Assembly (NCBI GenBank): GCA_963662285.2
Contig: CAXXMV010000002.1
Span: forward strand, 224,001 to 288,000
DNA: 64,000 bases
Source of the DNA: a bacterium
Lineage (GTDB): Bacteria > Hinthialibacterota > Hinthialibacteria > Hinthialibacterales > Hinthialibacteraceae
Direction: 5' to 3'
How positions within the stretch are numbered: the stretch's first letter is position 1; each line of letters begins with the position of its first letter. The notes below the pieces were generated by a model. That model ran no database searches and was not told the origin of the DNA. It was given only the letters and a program-made list of their open reading frames with translations. The translations under genes and the position numbers were made by a program. This document shows, piece by piece, positions 1 through 8,872 of the stretch.

Positions 1-48
1 CGGCCTCGAAATACCATTATAAATCAAACTTTAAAAGGCTGAATGGTT

Positions 49-1674
49 TCAGTCAAAAATAGTGAAAAGAGACTCAATTTCTTCCGACGGTTTATAGTCA
101 TGAACGCGACTTAAGACGGAAGATTTAGCAATATTATACAAAACCTTGGCCTGAACCAGATTGGAGCGGTTAAGAGCCAAGTCAATCTGCAAATCCTGCA
201 AATCGCGGAAAGTGATGTTGCCAAAGTCGCGGAAGTCTATTAGACCGGTGTCAAGGTTGAACTGAGATTGGGTTACGTTGCGCTGGATAATTTCGATGCG
301 TTGAAGTTGCAGCATCAACTCACGTAAATTCCGGTAGGTGGATTGAACAAGTTGCCGTTCGGTATCCCATAATCTGATTTTTGATTGTTCAAGATTTTCT
401 TCAAGAGCACGCACTCGTGCGCGAGTCGCTCCACCGTCGCCAAAAGCCCAAGAGAAAATAAGCGCAGCGCCCAAATTCCGGTCGCTTTCGTCATTCTGAT
501 TGGCAAAGGTTGATAAAACTAAATCCGGTTGTTGACCCAATCGAGCGACGCGGAGGGAATTTTCGGATCTTTTGATCGAAAGGCGCAAGTTTTTCAGGTC
601 TAAATTGGTTGATGTGACAAGATTGATATATTCATTACTGGCAAGAGGGAGGGGTTTTACCTCTAACTTATCAGTTAAAATCAACTCAGTTTCAAGAGGA
701 ATCCCCAGAAAGATATTTAAGCTTTCCATGGAATTTCTGAGGCTTCCTTCGAGTTCAATAAGCGAAGCTTGATTATTAAGCACGTCGGTTTGAGCTTGAC
801 CGACGTCTTTTTGAGCTGCTTTTTCGAACTCATATTGCGTTTCAATAATGAAAGAAACTCGGAGAGATTGAAGCAGGCGTTCTTTTTGAATATCAAGTCT
901 TTCCTGTAATTGCTGGATGTTCCAATAGCGGTTTATAACAGTCTCTTCAGCGCTTTTTTCCTGGGCGAATAAACTGTAATCGGATTGAATGGCGGCAATT
1001 TTGGAGTTCTCAATTTGGGTTTGAATTTCCTTGCGTGATCTGGAATTAATGGGGTAGCTATAATTTATGTTCAGCTTATATCTGTCTTCGAAATGGTTGC
1101 CTTCAGGATTGTTCGGGCCGCTGTCAAAGGCGCCCTCGGAATAGTGTTGAAAGTCCATCTCTGGTTGAATATCAAGCCTTGAGCCATTCTTGAATGTTTG
1201 AGTATAACTGGGACCAATATTAAACAGAGTATTGTTTTCGTATTCCTTCTTCGTGTCGGTTATTAATCCTTTTTCAGGATCAATACGGAAGGAGCCGGAG
1301 GCGCGTCGACTTATGGTTTCGTCCAATCGAGAATCAAGGCTGTATTTGGAGCGATAATTACTTTCGGTAAGATCAAGGTTGGCCAGGCTGCTTTGTAGAG
1401 CATGTTTATCAATTTGTATATCGGGATTTTGCTTCATTGCGATATCAATGGCGTCTTGAATCGTAATGGTCATTTGCTTGCCTTTGGTTCGGAACTCTTC
1501 ATTTTGGAGTATAGATTCGGCAACGGTGATATCTTCGATTCTCATTCTCGCGGCGGATGCTTTTAATGTAACCGGAGATGGCGCAACAATCTCCTGAGCA
1601 AAAATGGGAGCGGCAATAATAGTAAATAGAAAAATAGATAGACCTTTGGAATAACGTTGTACATTCACACTCAC
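49..1674 (-). CDS. TolC-family outer membrane efflux protein
   Basis: Signal peptide, TITIQDAIDIAMKQNPDI start-of-OEP motif, two helical OEP repeats; last gene of the RND/MFP operon. Confidence 0.88.
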   Translation of the reverse strand: MSVNVQRYSKGLSIFLFTIIAAPIFAQEIVAPSPVTLKASAARMRIEDITVAESILQNEEFRTKGKQMTITIQDAIDIAMKQNPDIQIDKHALQSSLANLDLTESNYRSKYSLDSRLDETISRRASGSFRIDPEKGLITDTKKEYENNTLFNIGPSYTQTFKNGSRLDIQPEMDFQHYSEGAFDSGPNNPEGNHFEDRYKLNINYSYPINSRSRKEIQTQIENSKIAAIQSDYSLFAQEKSAEETVINRYWNIQQLQERLDIQKERLLQSLRVSFIIETQYEFEKAAQKDVGQAQTDVLNNQASLIELEGSLRNSMESLNIFLGIPLETELILTDKLEVKPLPLASNEYINLVTSTNLDLKNLRLSIKRSENSLRVARLGQQPDLVLSTFANQNDESDRNLGAALIFSWAFGDGGATRARVRALEENLEQSKIRLWDTERQLVQSTYRNLRELMLQLQRIEIIQRNVTQSQFNLDTGLIDFRDFGNITFRDLQDLQIDLALNRSNLVQAKVLYNIAKSSVLSRVHDYKPSEEIESLFTIFD

Positions 1675-1712
1675 ATACCTTCTTTCTTTAATCTGGAGAG
1701 AGATTCTAAAAT

Positions 1713-4700
1713 TTATACGGAAATATATGGATCCCTTGTGTGGTAAAGATACGCATCTTCCAGCGTGGCTTCAATGTTAATAGCTTCTGGAGCGGGCTTA
1801 TCGTCAGAAACGATGCGTAAGCAAATGCCATCGGCGGTGTGAGTTTGGCCGCCGACAGAATAAAGTTTCCTGTAACGATGCCATGCAGACTCATCTTCCA
1901 CTATAAGTTCCCAAACCTTGTCATGAATAGATTCAACCAGTTCCTCCGGGTTCCCGGAGAAGAATAATTTACCTTCATCCATTAAAGCCAGACGCCGGCA
2001 ACTATGAGCTACATCTTCAACAATATGAGTTGATAAAATAACAACTCTATCCTGGCTCAATTGGACAAGTAAATTACGGAAGCGCAGACGCTCCATAGGA
2101 TCGAGGCCTACGGTTGGTTCATCAACAATTAATACCTTTGGGGGGAAGACGAATATTTGAGCTAAACCTATGCGGCGCATCATGCCGCCAGAGAAATTAT
2201 TAACGGAGACATCTTTTTGTTCAGATAAATTGACCATTTCGAGAGCGTTTAATATAGCGGCGCGACGTTCTTTTTTGATCTTCATTCCTTTGAGAAGGGC
2301 GAAATAGTCTAAATATTGATAGGCGGTCATGTGGCTATAGACGCCGAAGTTTTGCGGAAGATAGCCAATAAGTTTCTGCGCTTTACGTGATTCGGTTTTC
2401 ATGTCATACCCGCAAATGGATAAAAAGCCGCGAGTCGGTTGATCTATACCTGCGATCAAACGAAGAAGCGTAGTCTTCCCTGCTCCATTTGGACCTAATA
2501 GGCCGAATAAACCGCTTTCGATTTTTAAGGAAATCATATCCAATGCTTTATGCCGAGCGCGCGTAATCACTCTTCTGCTTGATCCGGCAAAAGGCGCCGG
2601 GACAATACCGGTAGCAGGAGAAAGGTTGGGGAGGAAACCGCCGTGTAGCAAAGTTCTGGAAAAACTGGATAATCTTTCAATCCGGCTAACCGGATAAATT
2701 CGGGTTAGGTGATCCAGTTCTACAATAAGAGGCTCTTCCCGTGGCGGCGTTAAGCGATAGGCAGTAAGCGATTGCCGGACGTTAAGGCGTTTTTTGCGGC
2801 TCCAAAAGATGAATATCCATCGCCAGCTGAAAACAAATTTAAAAGCTCTCTTAAACAATCTGCTGATATCTTCAACGATAAAATAGAAACCGGGTACGAT
2901 AACAAGGGTTAATACGGTTGAGCTGGCAAGACCGCCAATGACGCATCGAGCGAATGGAATCCAATCATTGTCTTGTCCTTTCCATTCTATGGCCATGGGT
3001 AGAAGGCCGAGGATGGTTGTTGCCACCGTCATTAAAATGGGGCGGAGACGGTAGTGTCCTGCAACCATAATAGCGCGTTCGCGGGGGTAATTTTTTTCCG
3101 TTCGTAGATAACCGGAGAAATGGACGAGTAATATAGCGCTATTGGGAAGGATGCCAACCAGGAAAACATAGCCCATCGCCGCCATTTCGTTGAAAGGGGT
3201 GTTTGTGAGAATAAACATCCAGCCTATGCCAAAGATAGCTAAAGGAATGGATAAAAAGATGACGAAAGGAAGGCTGAACGATTCGAAAAGAGAAGCGATG
3301 CACATGAAAATTAAGATGCCGGACATCCAGGCAATCATTTTAAATTGTTCAAAGACTTCATTCAGCCGTTGAGATCGTCCACCCAATGTCATGCGATAAC
3401 CTGCCGGGATAGGATATATATCTATTAATCCTATAACGGCTTCCTCAATTTCAGTGAAATTACTGTTGGGAGCGGTTTCAAATCTAATATGGCCAATGCG
3501 TTCGCGGTTTTCACGTCTCATAGACCCCATGCCGCGTTTAATTTCCATGACGCCTAATTCTTTTAAGGTTACAGTGGAACCCATTGAAGGAGAATAGATG
3601 GGGATATCGCTTAATTCCTCGAATTTCATGCCTCCCAAGTCTTCCATATCTTTTTCAAGGTCTTCAGTTTTTTCGATCAAATTAAAAATTATATCAATTT
3701 CCTTGTCGCCTTTTTTCATTTGGATGCTGGCGTAATCGCCCCGGCGCTGAGATAGCTGAATGGATTGAGCAATTAATCTAGGGGTGATTTGCAACAAAGC
3801 AGCTGCATCACGATCAAGCTTAAAATGCGCTTCCAGTGGTCCGGGTTCATTTTCGCTGAATACATCGCGTATACCGGGAATCTGGTTCATAACGGCGGCG
3901 AAATTTTCGGCGATTTCGTTAATTTGATTATATTCCGGGCCGCGAATTTCAATGGAGCCGCCTTGTCCGGAATCGACGACAGGCATTTGATTCTCACCTC
4001 TGGTGCGGGTAGGCGTGAAAGTGACTTCGGCAACAGAGAAATTTTCAAATAAAGGCCGAAGTTCTTCCTTTATGGTTTCGGATTCACGTTCTCGTTCATC
4101 AAGGTCTTTCAGGCGTATGCTAATGTGGGCGGAATCGTCTTGCACCCAGGAGTGAATGTTTTTGGCTTCGGGAACTTTATCTAGCAGAATATCTTCAACT
4201 TGATTTATGACTTCGAGCGTATGATCCTGCTTGGTTCCATTGGGGAGATAAACCCAGACATGGAACCAGCTGCGATCTTCAGGTTCCGCTAAGACATCCC
4301 GGCTTATGTTGCCTAATGTGTAGTAGTAGGTATAAAGGATAAACAGAACGATGGCAAGAAGAAATCTGACGCGGTGCCGAAGGCAGCTCTTAAGAATGGA
4401 ACCGTAATATTTACGAGTCCATTTCATGGTAGGTATTGGAATGCGTTGGAGAAATTTCTTCAAACGATCCGGTGAAGGGGGTGGATCAATTTTATGAGAG
4501 TTGAGTGGAGCATTTGCTTCAAGATTTGAAAGATTTTTATTAAGCGGAGCGGTCCGGGCGCGTTTTTTATCCAGGATCATCATCAAGCGCGAGGTTAGCA
4601 TGGGAACCAAAGTAAGAGCGACAAGCATTGATATGACCATGGGATAGATAATCGCAAGAGCCGCTTCTGTAAACATCAAACGGATAAAACCTTCTACAAA

Positions 4701-6050
4701 GACAATGGGGAGAAAAACAACGACATTGGTCAAGGTAAGAGCAAAAACAGCTTTGCCAACTTCGTTGCAACCTAATACAGCTGACTGGATGCCATTTTTC
4801 CCCCGTTCATGATGTCTAAATACGTTTTCAAGAACTACGATAGAGGTGTCTATCAAACAACCAACGCCAACCGCCAGTCCGACCAAGGTAAACATATTGA
4901 TCGACATGCCGGTGAAGTACATGCCGTTGAAGGTAGCTATAATACAAATAGGAATAACCAGACATACAATCAGCGACATGCGCACATTACGTATAAAGAG
5001 ATATAGCACCAACATGGAAAGCGCAATACCCATAAATGCAAGCCGTGCGAGAGTGGATAACATATCCAGGATGGGAGTGGCGGCATCTGAAGTTACCGCT
5101 AATTCGTAACCATCCGGGAGCGTTTGGTTAATCAAGTCGATAACCTTGAGAGTTTTACGTGATAAGTCGACCGGATTGATCAAGGCTTCTTTTTGCAGAT
5201 TTATGCCTAAGGCAGGTTTACCGTCGACTCGGCGAAGCCAGCGCCGGGCATGGAAAGTATCTTTAACTTCTCCCAGGTGGCGGACGGCGATGCCGCCGTT
5301 GTTTTTCACCACGACATCTTCAATTTCAGAGGTATCGCCGAATTGTCCATCCAGCCGGACGAATAGATCTTTGCCTTGTTCTTCAATATCGCCGAGGAAA
5401 ACCGGTTCATTGGCGAAAGTCTGGACTCTATTTCTAACCTGCCAAATGGGAGTCCCGAATTCCTGCAATCTGTCCTGGAGAACGGTGATATCTATCGAGC
5501 GTCTTTTACCTCCCCAAATTTCGGCAGTGGCGATGCCGTCTATATCTTCGAGTTGTTGGCGAATCTTGTCTGCGTTTATTGCTTCCAGGTAGGGATCAGA
5601 TCTGGGACCTTTCAATACCAGATCCATGAAATCACTATTAAAATGCGAAGTTTCGAAAGGAAAAGCATTCATATATATAGAACGTTTAGGGAATGTTTTT
5701 TGAAAACGATCCAAGCGTTCCTGCAAATCGACAATACGGTATTTGACGTTTGCGCCAAATTCGAATTCGATACGGAAGAATGCTCCATGTCGAAAGGTAT
5801 AAGTATAAATATTCTTAACATCTTGGAGTTGAGCGATTTCCCCTTCGACAGGGATGATGATTTTTCGTTCTAATTCTTCCGCACTCATATGTTCCATTAT
5901 GCGGCAAAACGCTCCGCCGCCAGGAACCGTGATATCCGGCAGGATCTGCATGGGAAGTTTGAAATAAGAGACGAAACCGAGAATAACGATCGCGGAAAAA
6001 AACATGATCGTGGTAATAGGTCGATGAACGGCGATACTGGATAGTTTCAT
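1713..6050 (-). CDS. RND (AcrB/AcrD/AcrF-type) permease fused to a C-terminal ABC ATPase domain
   Basis: RND hallmarks (RPITTIM...LPMQILPDI, IDTSIVVLENV, RLRPILMT) over about 1060 aa. These continue in frame into an NBD with GPNGAGKT, YLPQ, FSGGM, IVDEPT and STH. Start placed at ATG 6050 (MKLSS); the ORF track extends it to 6104. Confidence 0.9.
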   Translation of the reverse strand: MKLSSIAVHRPITTIMFFSAIVILGFVSYFKLPMQILPDITVPGGGAFCRIMEHMSAEELERKIIIPVEGEIAQLQDVKNIYTYTFRHGAFFRIEFEFGANVKYRIVDLQERLDRFQKTFPKRSIYMNAFPFETSHFNSDFMDLVLKGPRSDPYLEAINADKIRQQLEDIDGIATAEIWGGKRRSIDITVLQDRLQEFGTPIWQVRNRVQTFANEPVFLGDIEEQGKDLFVRLDGQFGDTSEIEDVVVKNNGGIAVRHLGEVKDTFHARRWLRRVDGKPALGINLQKEALINPVDLSRKTLKVIDLINQTLPDGYELAVTSDAATPILDMLSTLARLAFMGIALSMLVLYLFIRNVRMSLIVCLVIPICIIATFNGMYFTGMSINMFTLVGLAVGVGCLIDTSIVVLENVFRHHERGKNGIQSAVLGCNEVGKAVFALTLTNVVVFLPIVFVEGFIRLMFTEAALAIIYPMVISMLVALTLVPMLTSRLMMILDKKRARTAPLNKNLSNLEANAPLNSHKIDPPPSPDRLKKFLQRIPIPTMKWTRKYYGSILKSCLRHRVRFLLAIVLFILYTYYYTLGNISRDVLAEPEDRSWFHVWVYLPNGTKQDHTLEVINQVEDILLDKVPEAKNIHSWVQDDSAHISIRLKDLDERERESETIKEELRPLFENFSVAEVTFTPTRTRGENQMPVVDSGQGGSIEIRGPEYNQINEIAENFAAVMNQIPGIRDVFSENEPGPLEAHFKLDRDAAALLQITPRLIAQSIQLSQRRGDYASIQMKKGDKEIDIIFNLIEKTEDLEKDMEDLGGMKFEELSDIPIYSPSMGSTVTLKELGVMEIKRGMGSMRRENRERIGHIRFETAPNSNFTEIEEAVIGLIDIYPIPAGYRMTLGGRSQRLNEVFEQFKMIAWMSGILIFMCIASLFESFSLPFVIFLSIPLAIFGIGWMFILTNTPFNEMAAMGYVFLVGILPNSAILLVHFSGYLRTEKNYPRERAIMVAGHYRLRPILMTVATTILGLLPMAIEWKGQDNDWIPFARCVIGGLASSTVLTLVIVPGFYFIVEDISRLFKRAFKFVFSWRWIFIFWSRKKRLNVRQSLTAYRLTPPREEPLIVELDHLTRIYPVSRIERLSSFSRTLLHGGFLPNLSPATGIVPAPFAGSSRRVITRARHKALDMISLKIESGLFGLLGPNGAGKTTLLRLIAGIDQPTRGFLSICGYDMKTESRKAQKLIGYLPQNFGVYSHMTAYQYLDYFALLKGMKIKKERRAAILNALEMVNLSEQKDVSVNNFSGGMMRRIGLAQIFVFPPKVLIVDEPTVGLDPMERLRFRNLLVQLSQDRVVILSTHIVEDVAHSCRRLALMDEGKLFFSGNPEELVESIHDKVWELIVEDESAWHRYRKLYSVGGQTHTADGICLRIVSDDKPAPEAINIEATLEDAYLYHTRDPYISV

Positions 6051-6091
6051 TGTAATTAATCTGCGTCTGACGACAGCCTCGCTAAGTTCTA

Positions 6092-8833
6092 TTAATGTCT
6101 CCAAAAGTGTCGATGATTATTTCTTCTGGTATTTGCGCGAAGAGCGGTGGTATCATCGCCTTCGATCAAAATTCTTCTTTCGGAGTGCATTCTGGATTTT
6201 TTTATTTTATCAAGATGAGGAACCTGTAATATCCAATTTTCGGGATCGACAACAGCAAAGATGGGTCGGTGAGGAGATGTAAGGTCCAAGGTTTTTTCTT
6301 CTCCGGCGTCCAACCATATATTCCGGGTTATATAATCCATCTCTGTTTCTACATAAATAGGTACGGCCATACGGCCAGAGCCATGGTTTTTGACGCGGAC
6401 TAAAGTTTTGTAAGTGATAACGCCGGTTCTATCGTCGGTGATTAATTTCGCTTCGGTATAAGTTATTTCGTATTCCGGCAAGGCATTTCCCAAAACCCAT
6501 TCATCAATATACCACCCCAGGTCATCTCCATAGAACTCTTCTAACAAAGGACGCAGCTCGTCAACGGGTATCTCCTGGAAGCGATAGCGACGGAACATCT
6601 CGCGCAGAAACGCCCACCAAGGTTTATCTCCCATAATATGATGCAGCATACGGAATAAAGCTTCACCACGAATACGTTCCAGTTCGGGGTGAGTTCCCAT
6701 TTTATGCAGAGATAAAAGAGATTCGCTTTTGGCGACGGAGAGCGGGAGATTGCGATTACTTCCAACATCGTATTTTAATTCTCTGCGGCGTTGCCAGGAA
6801 TTTCGTTCAAGTAATTTTGAGGCGTAACTTGATAAATAATCATTGACCCAAAAAGCCATTTCTCCGGTTGGGTGTATGGAGTGGTCGAAATATGCGCTGA
6901 TAAGGTTGCGATAAAAATTGTCGTGAATTTCACGTAATGTTTGGGGGAGCAATTGATAAAAGGGTATCAAACGCGGGTTGTGGTCGAATCTTTCCATCAA
7001 CCACATTTCTTCACTTATATAGCACATTTGATTTTCCGACACCAGGAACATACCGGGCATTTGAGCGTAGTACGTCTGTGGATTGGCTAAAGGTTTCGCC
7101 CAGGGAATTCTTAATTTATTGCGTTGAGAATATTCGGTCCGCCAAGTGTAAGGCGTTTCGACCAAGGTTAACTGGTTGAAGGGGATGCGGCCCAATTTAT
7201 CATTAACAAATTCGTGTTGATCCTTAACTTCTTCCATATATATCTGAGCTTTATATTTGTGCATGGGGAAATGGTAGAAGCGAACGTTATATCCAAAAGA
7301 ATCACTTTCCAGTAATTGGTAGTTACCCCAATACATCTGTAATCGGTTAACGGGATATAAGGTTGACCAATGCTCGGTGCGGGCCTGGCCGTCTTCTTGG
7401 GAGTCGATCAAATCACCAGCGAAAGCGCCTTGCTGGCCTGGTTCCAGATGAAGCGTGATTTCTGACTCGAACAGGTCGTCATCAACCTTGACCCAGCGTT
7501 CATTTTCCGCTTGGAATTTGCGCCATGGAACAGGATACCATTTATTATGCATGGCGGTGTATTGTGGATGAAACTCCACCGGGGCGCCATGATAATTAAC
7601 CGATAATCTATATTCTTGATGCGGGATTAAAGATTCGCTGAAGTTAAATCGGACGCGGTTTTGTTGACGTGCGAAAGAACATTCTTGATTATCAAGTGCA
7701 GCTTCATCAACAGTGTATCTTGGATCAAGTTCAACGCCTAAATATCTGGTGGATTCTTTCGGGGTGAAGATTAAATCCGACTGGATATCCAAGCGGCTGT
7801 ATGTTTCGTTAGGTTTCAAGTCGAATTCATATTTTTGAAGGTCTACAGAAATAGCGGGAAACTTGACTCTTACCACGTTTTCTTCATGGCCATGTCCGTT
7901 TTTGATAAGAAAGTCTTTATAACTATATGTCGCCCAAATTACGCTGGTAGCGGATACAAGCAAAGTAAGCGTAAGAAATAAACGATATCCCCAACCCAAA
8001 TGGCGATCAAAGCGTAGATTGGTTATTGCTCGCATTATTAATGAGACGCTAAATAGACTGTTGCGTTTTCGATTTACAATCCACCTTTGAGGTTCCTGTC
8101 TTCTCAAATATAAGGGAGCAAAGGAAAGGATGGTCAAGCTTAATAAAGCATGCATAAATAATTGCACCCAATATTTTTCAAAAGAAAGACGTACTCCAAT
8201 AGTGGAAGATGAATTGGCGAGGTATCTAATGACGTCGGGGATATTGATTAAAATTCCTTCATGTACGCCCAGTTGATAAACGAATGCTCCAATAAGGCCG
8301 CCAATGATCAAGGCGGCGAAGTCATGTTTGAAAAAAGAGCGCATGGTTATCGCTAAAGCTGCTACTGGCACTATGACCGGAAGAACAAGAAGGATAAAAG
8401 CAACCCAGAAAGGCCGCCAGATAATCATACCATGCCCATATAGATATTGCCATAAGCCAAAGGAAAAAATACCTATTAAACTAAGAGGAACCATGACGAT
8501 AAGGACGCCGAGCAAGCGTCCACACATGAGAGAGGTGACGCCTACCGGCAGGGGGAACAAAATCTTATCCATACGGCTATGGCGTAGGCGACCACAGATA
8601 TCAAGCGCCAGAGCGCAGGCGCCAAGTCCGAGAATGGCTATCATCAACCAGAAACTCGGGTGTTGAAAGCTAAAAGCGGAATGAAGGAAAAATCCATCCT
8701 GCGCTCGTATAAGATAGTCTCGACGAGCGAACAGAGATATCCCTGCAACAAGTCCTAATAGCAGCCAGAAACGCCATCCACGACAGCTCATGCGAGCTTC
8801 GTTTAAGGCGATCAGTATGGTTTTGCGCAACAT
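6092..8833 (-). CDS. ABC-2-type permease fused to an M1 aminopeptidase-like domain (catalytic motifs degenerate)
   Basis: N-terminal multi-TM ABC-2 membrane domain (IALNEARM..., LFPLPV...GRLLG). The C-terminal part follows the M1 layout (RGEALFRMLHHIMGD, DLGWYIDEWV, VVDPENWIL) but has no HEXXH. Confidence 0.75.
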   Translation of the reverse strand: MLRKTILIALNEARMSCRGWRFWLLLGLVAGISLFARRDYLIRAQDGFFLHSAFSFQHPSFWLMIAILGLGACALALDICGRLRHSRMDKILFPLPVGVTSLMCGRLLGVLIVMVPLSLIGIFSFGLWQYLYGHGMIIWRPFWVAFILLVLPVIVPVAALAITMRSFFKHDFAALIIGGLIGAFVYQLGVHEGILINIPDVIRYLANSSSTIGVRLSFEKYWVQLFMHALLSLTILSFAPLYLRRQEPQRWIVNRKRNSLFSVSLIMRAITNLRFDRHLGWGYRLFLTLTLLVSATSVIWATYSYKDFLIKNGHGHEENVVRVKFPAISVDLQKYEFDLKPNETYSRLDIQSDLIFTPKESTRYLGVELDPRYTVDEAALDNQECSFARQQNRVRFNFSESLIPHQEYRLSVNYHGAPVEFHPQYTAMHNKWYPVPWRKFQAENERWVKVDDDLFESEITLHLEPGQQGAFAGDLIDSQEDGQARTEHWSTLYPVNRLQMYWGNYQLLESDSFGYNVRFYHFPMHKYKAQIYMEEVKDQHEFVNDKLGRIPFNQLTLVETPYTWRTEYSQRNKLRIPWAKPLANPQTYYAQMPGMFLVSENQMCYISEEMWLMERFDHNPRLIPFYQLLPQTLREIHDNFYRNLISAYFDHSIHPTGEMAFWVNDYLSSYASKLLERNSWQRRRELKYDVGSNRNLPLSVAKSESLLSLHKMGTHPELERIRGEALFRMLHHIMGDKPWWAFLREMFRRYRFQEIPVDELRPLLEEFYGDDLGWYIDEWVLGNALPEYEITYTEAKLITDDRTGVITYKTLVRVKNHGSGRMAVPIYVETEMDYITRNIWLDAGEEKTLDLTSPHRPIFAVVDPENWILQVPHLDKIKKSRMHSERRILIEGDDTTALRANTRRNNHRHFWRH

Positions 8834-8872
8834 CCTAATTTATTCCTTTCGCTTAACCTTTGGATGGTGGAA

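Noticed and set aside
6051-6104. N-terminal extension METLIELSEAVVRRRLIT of the RND-ABC fusion
   Set aside because: It overlaps the upstream gene, and RND homology begins at MKLSSIAVHRP (ATG 6050).
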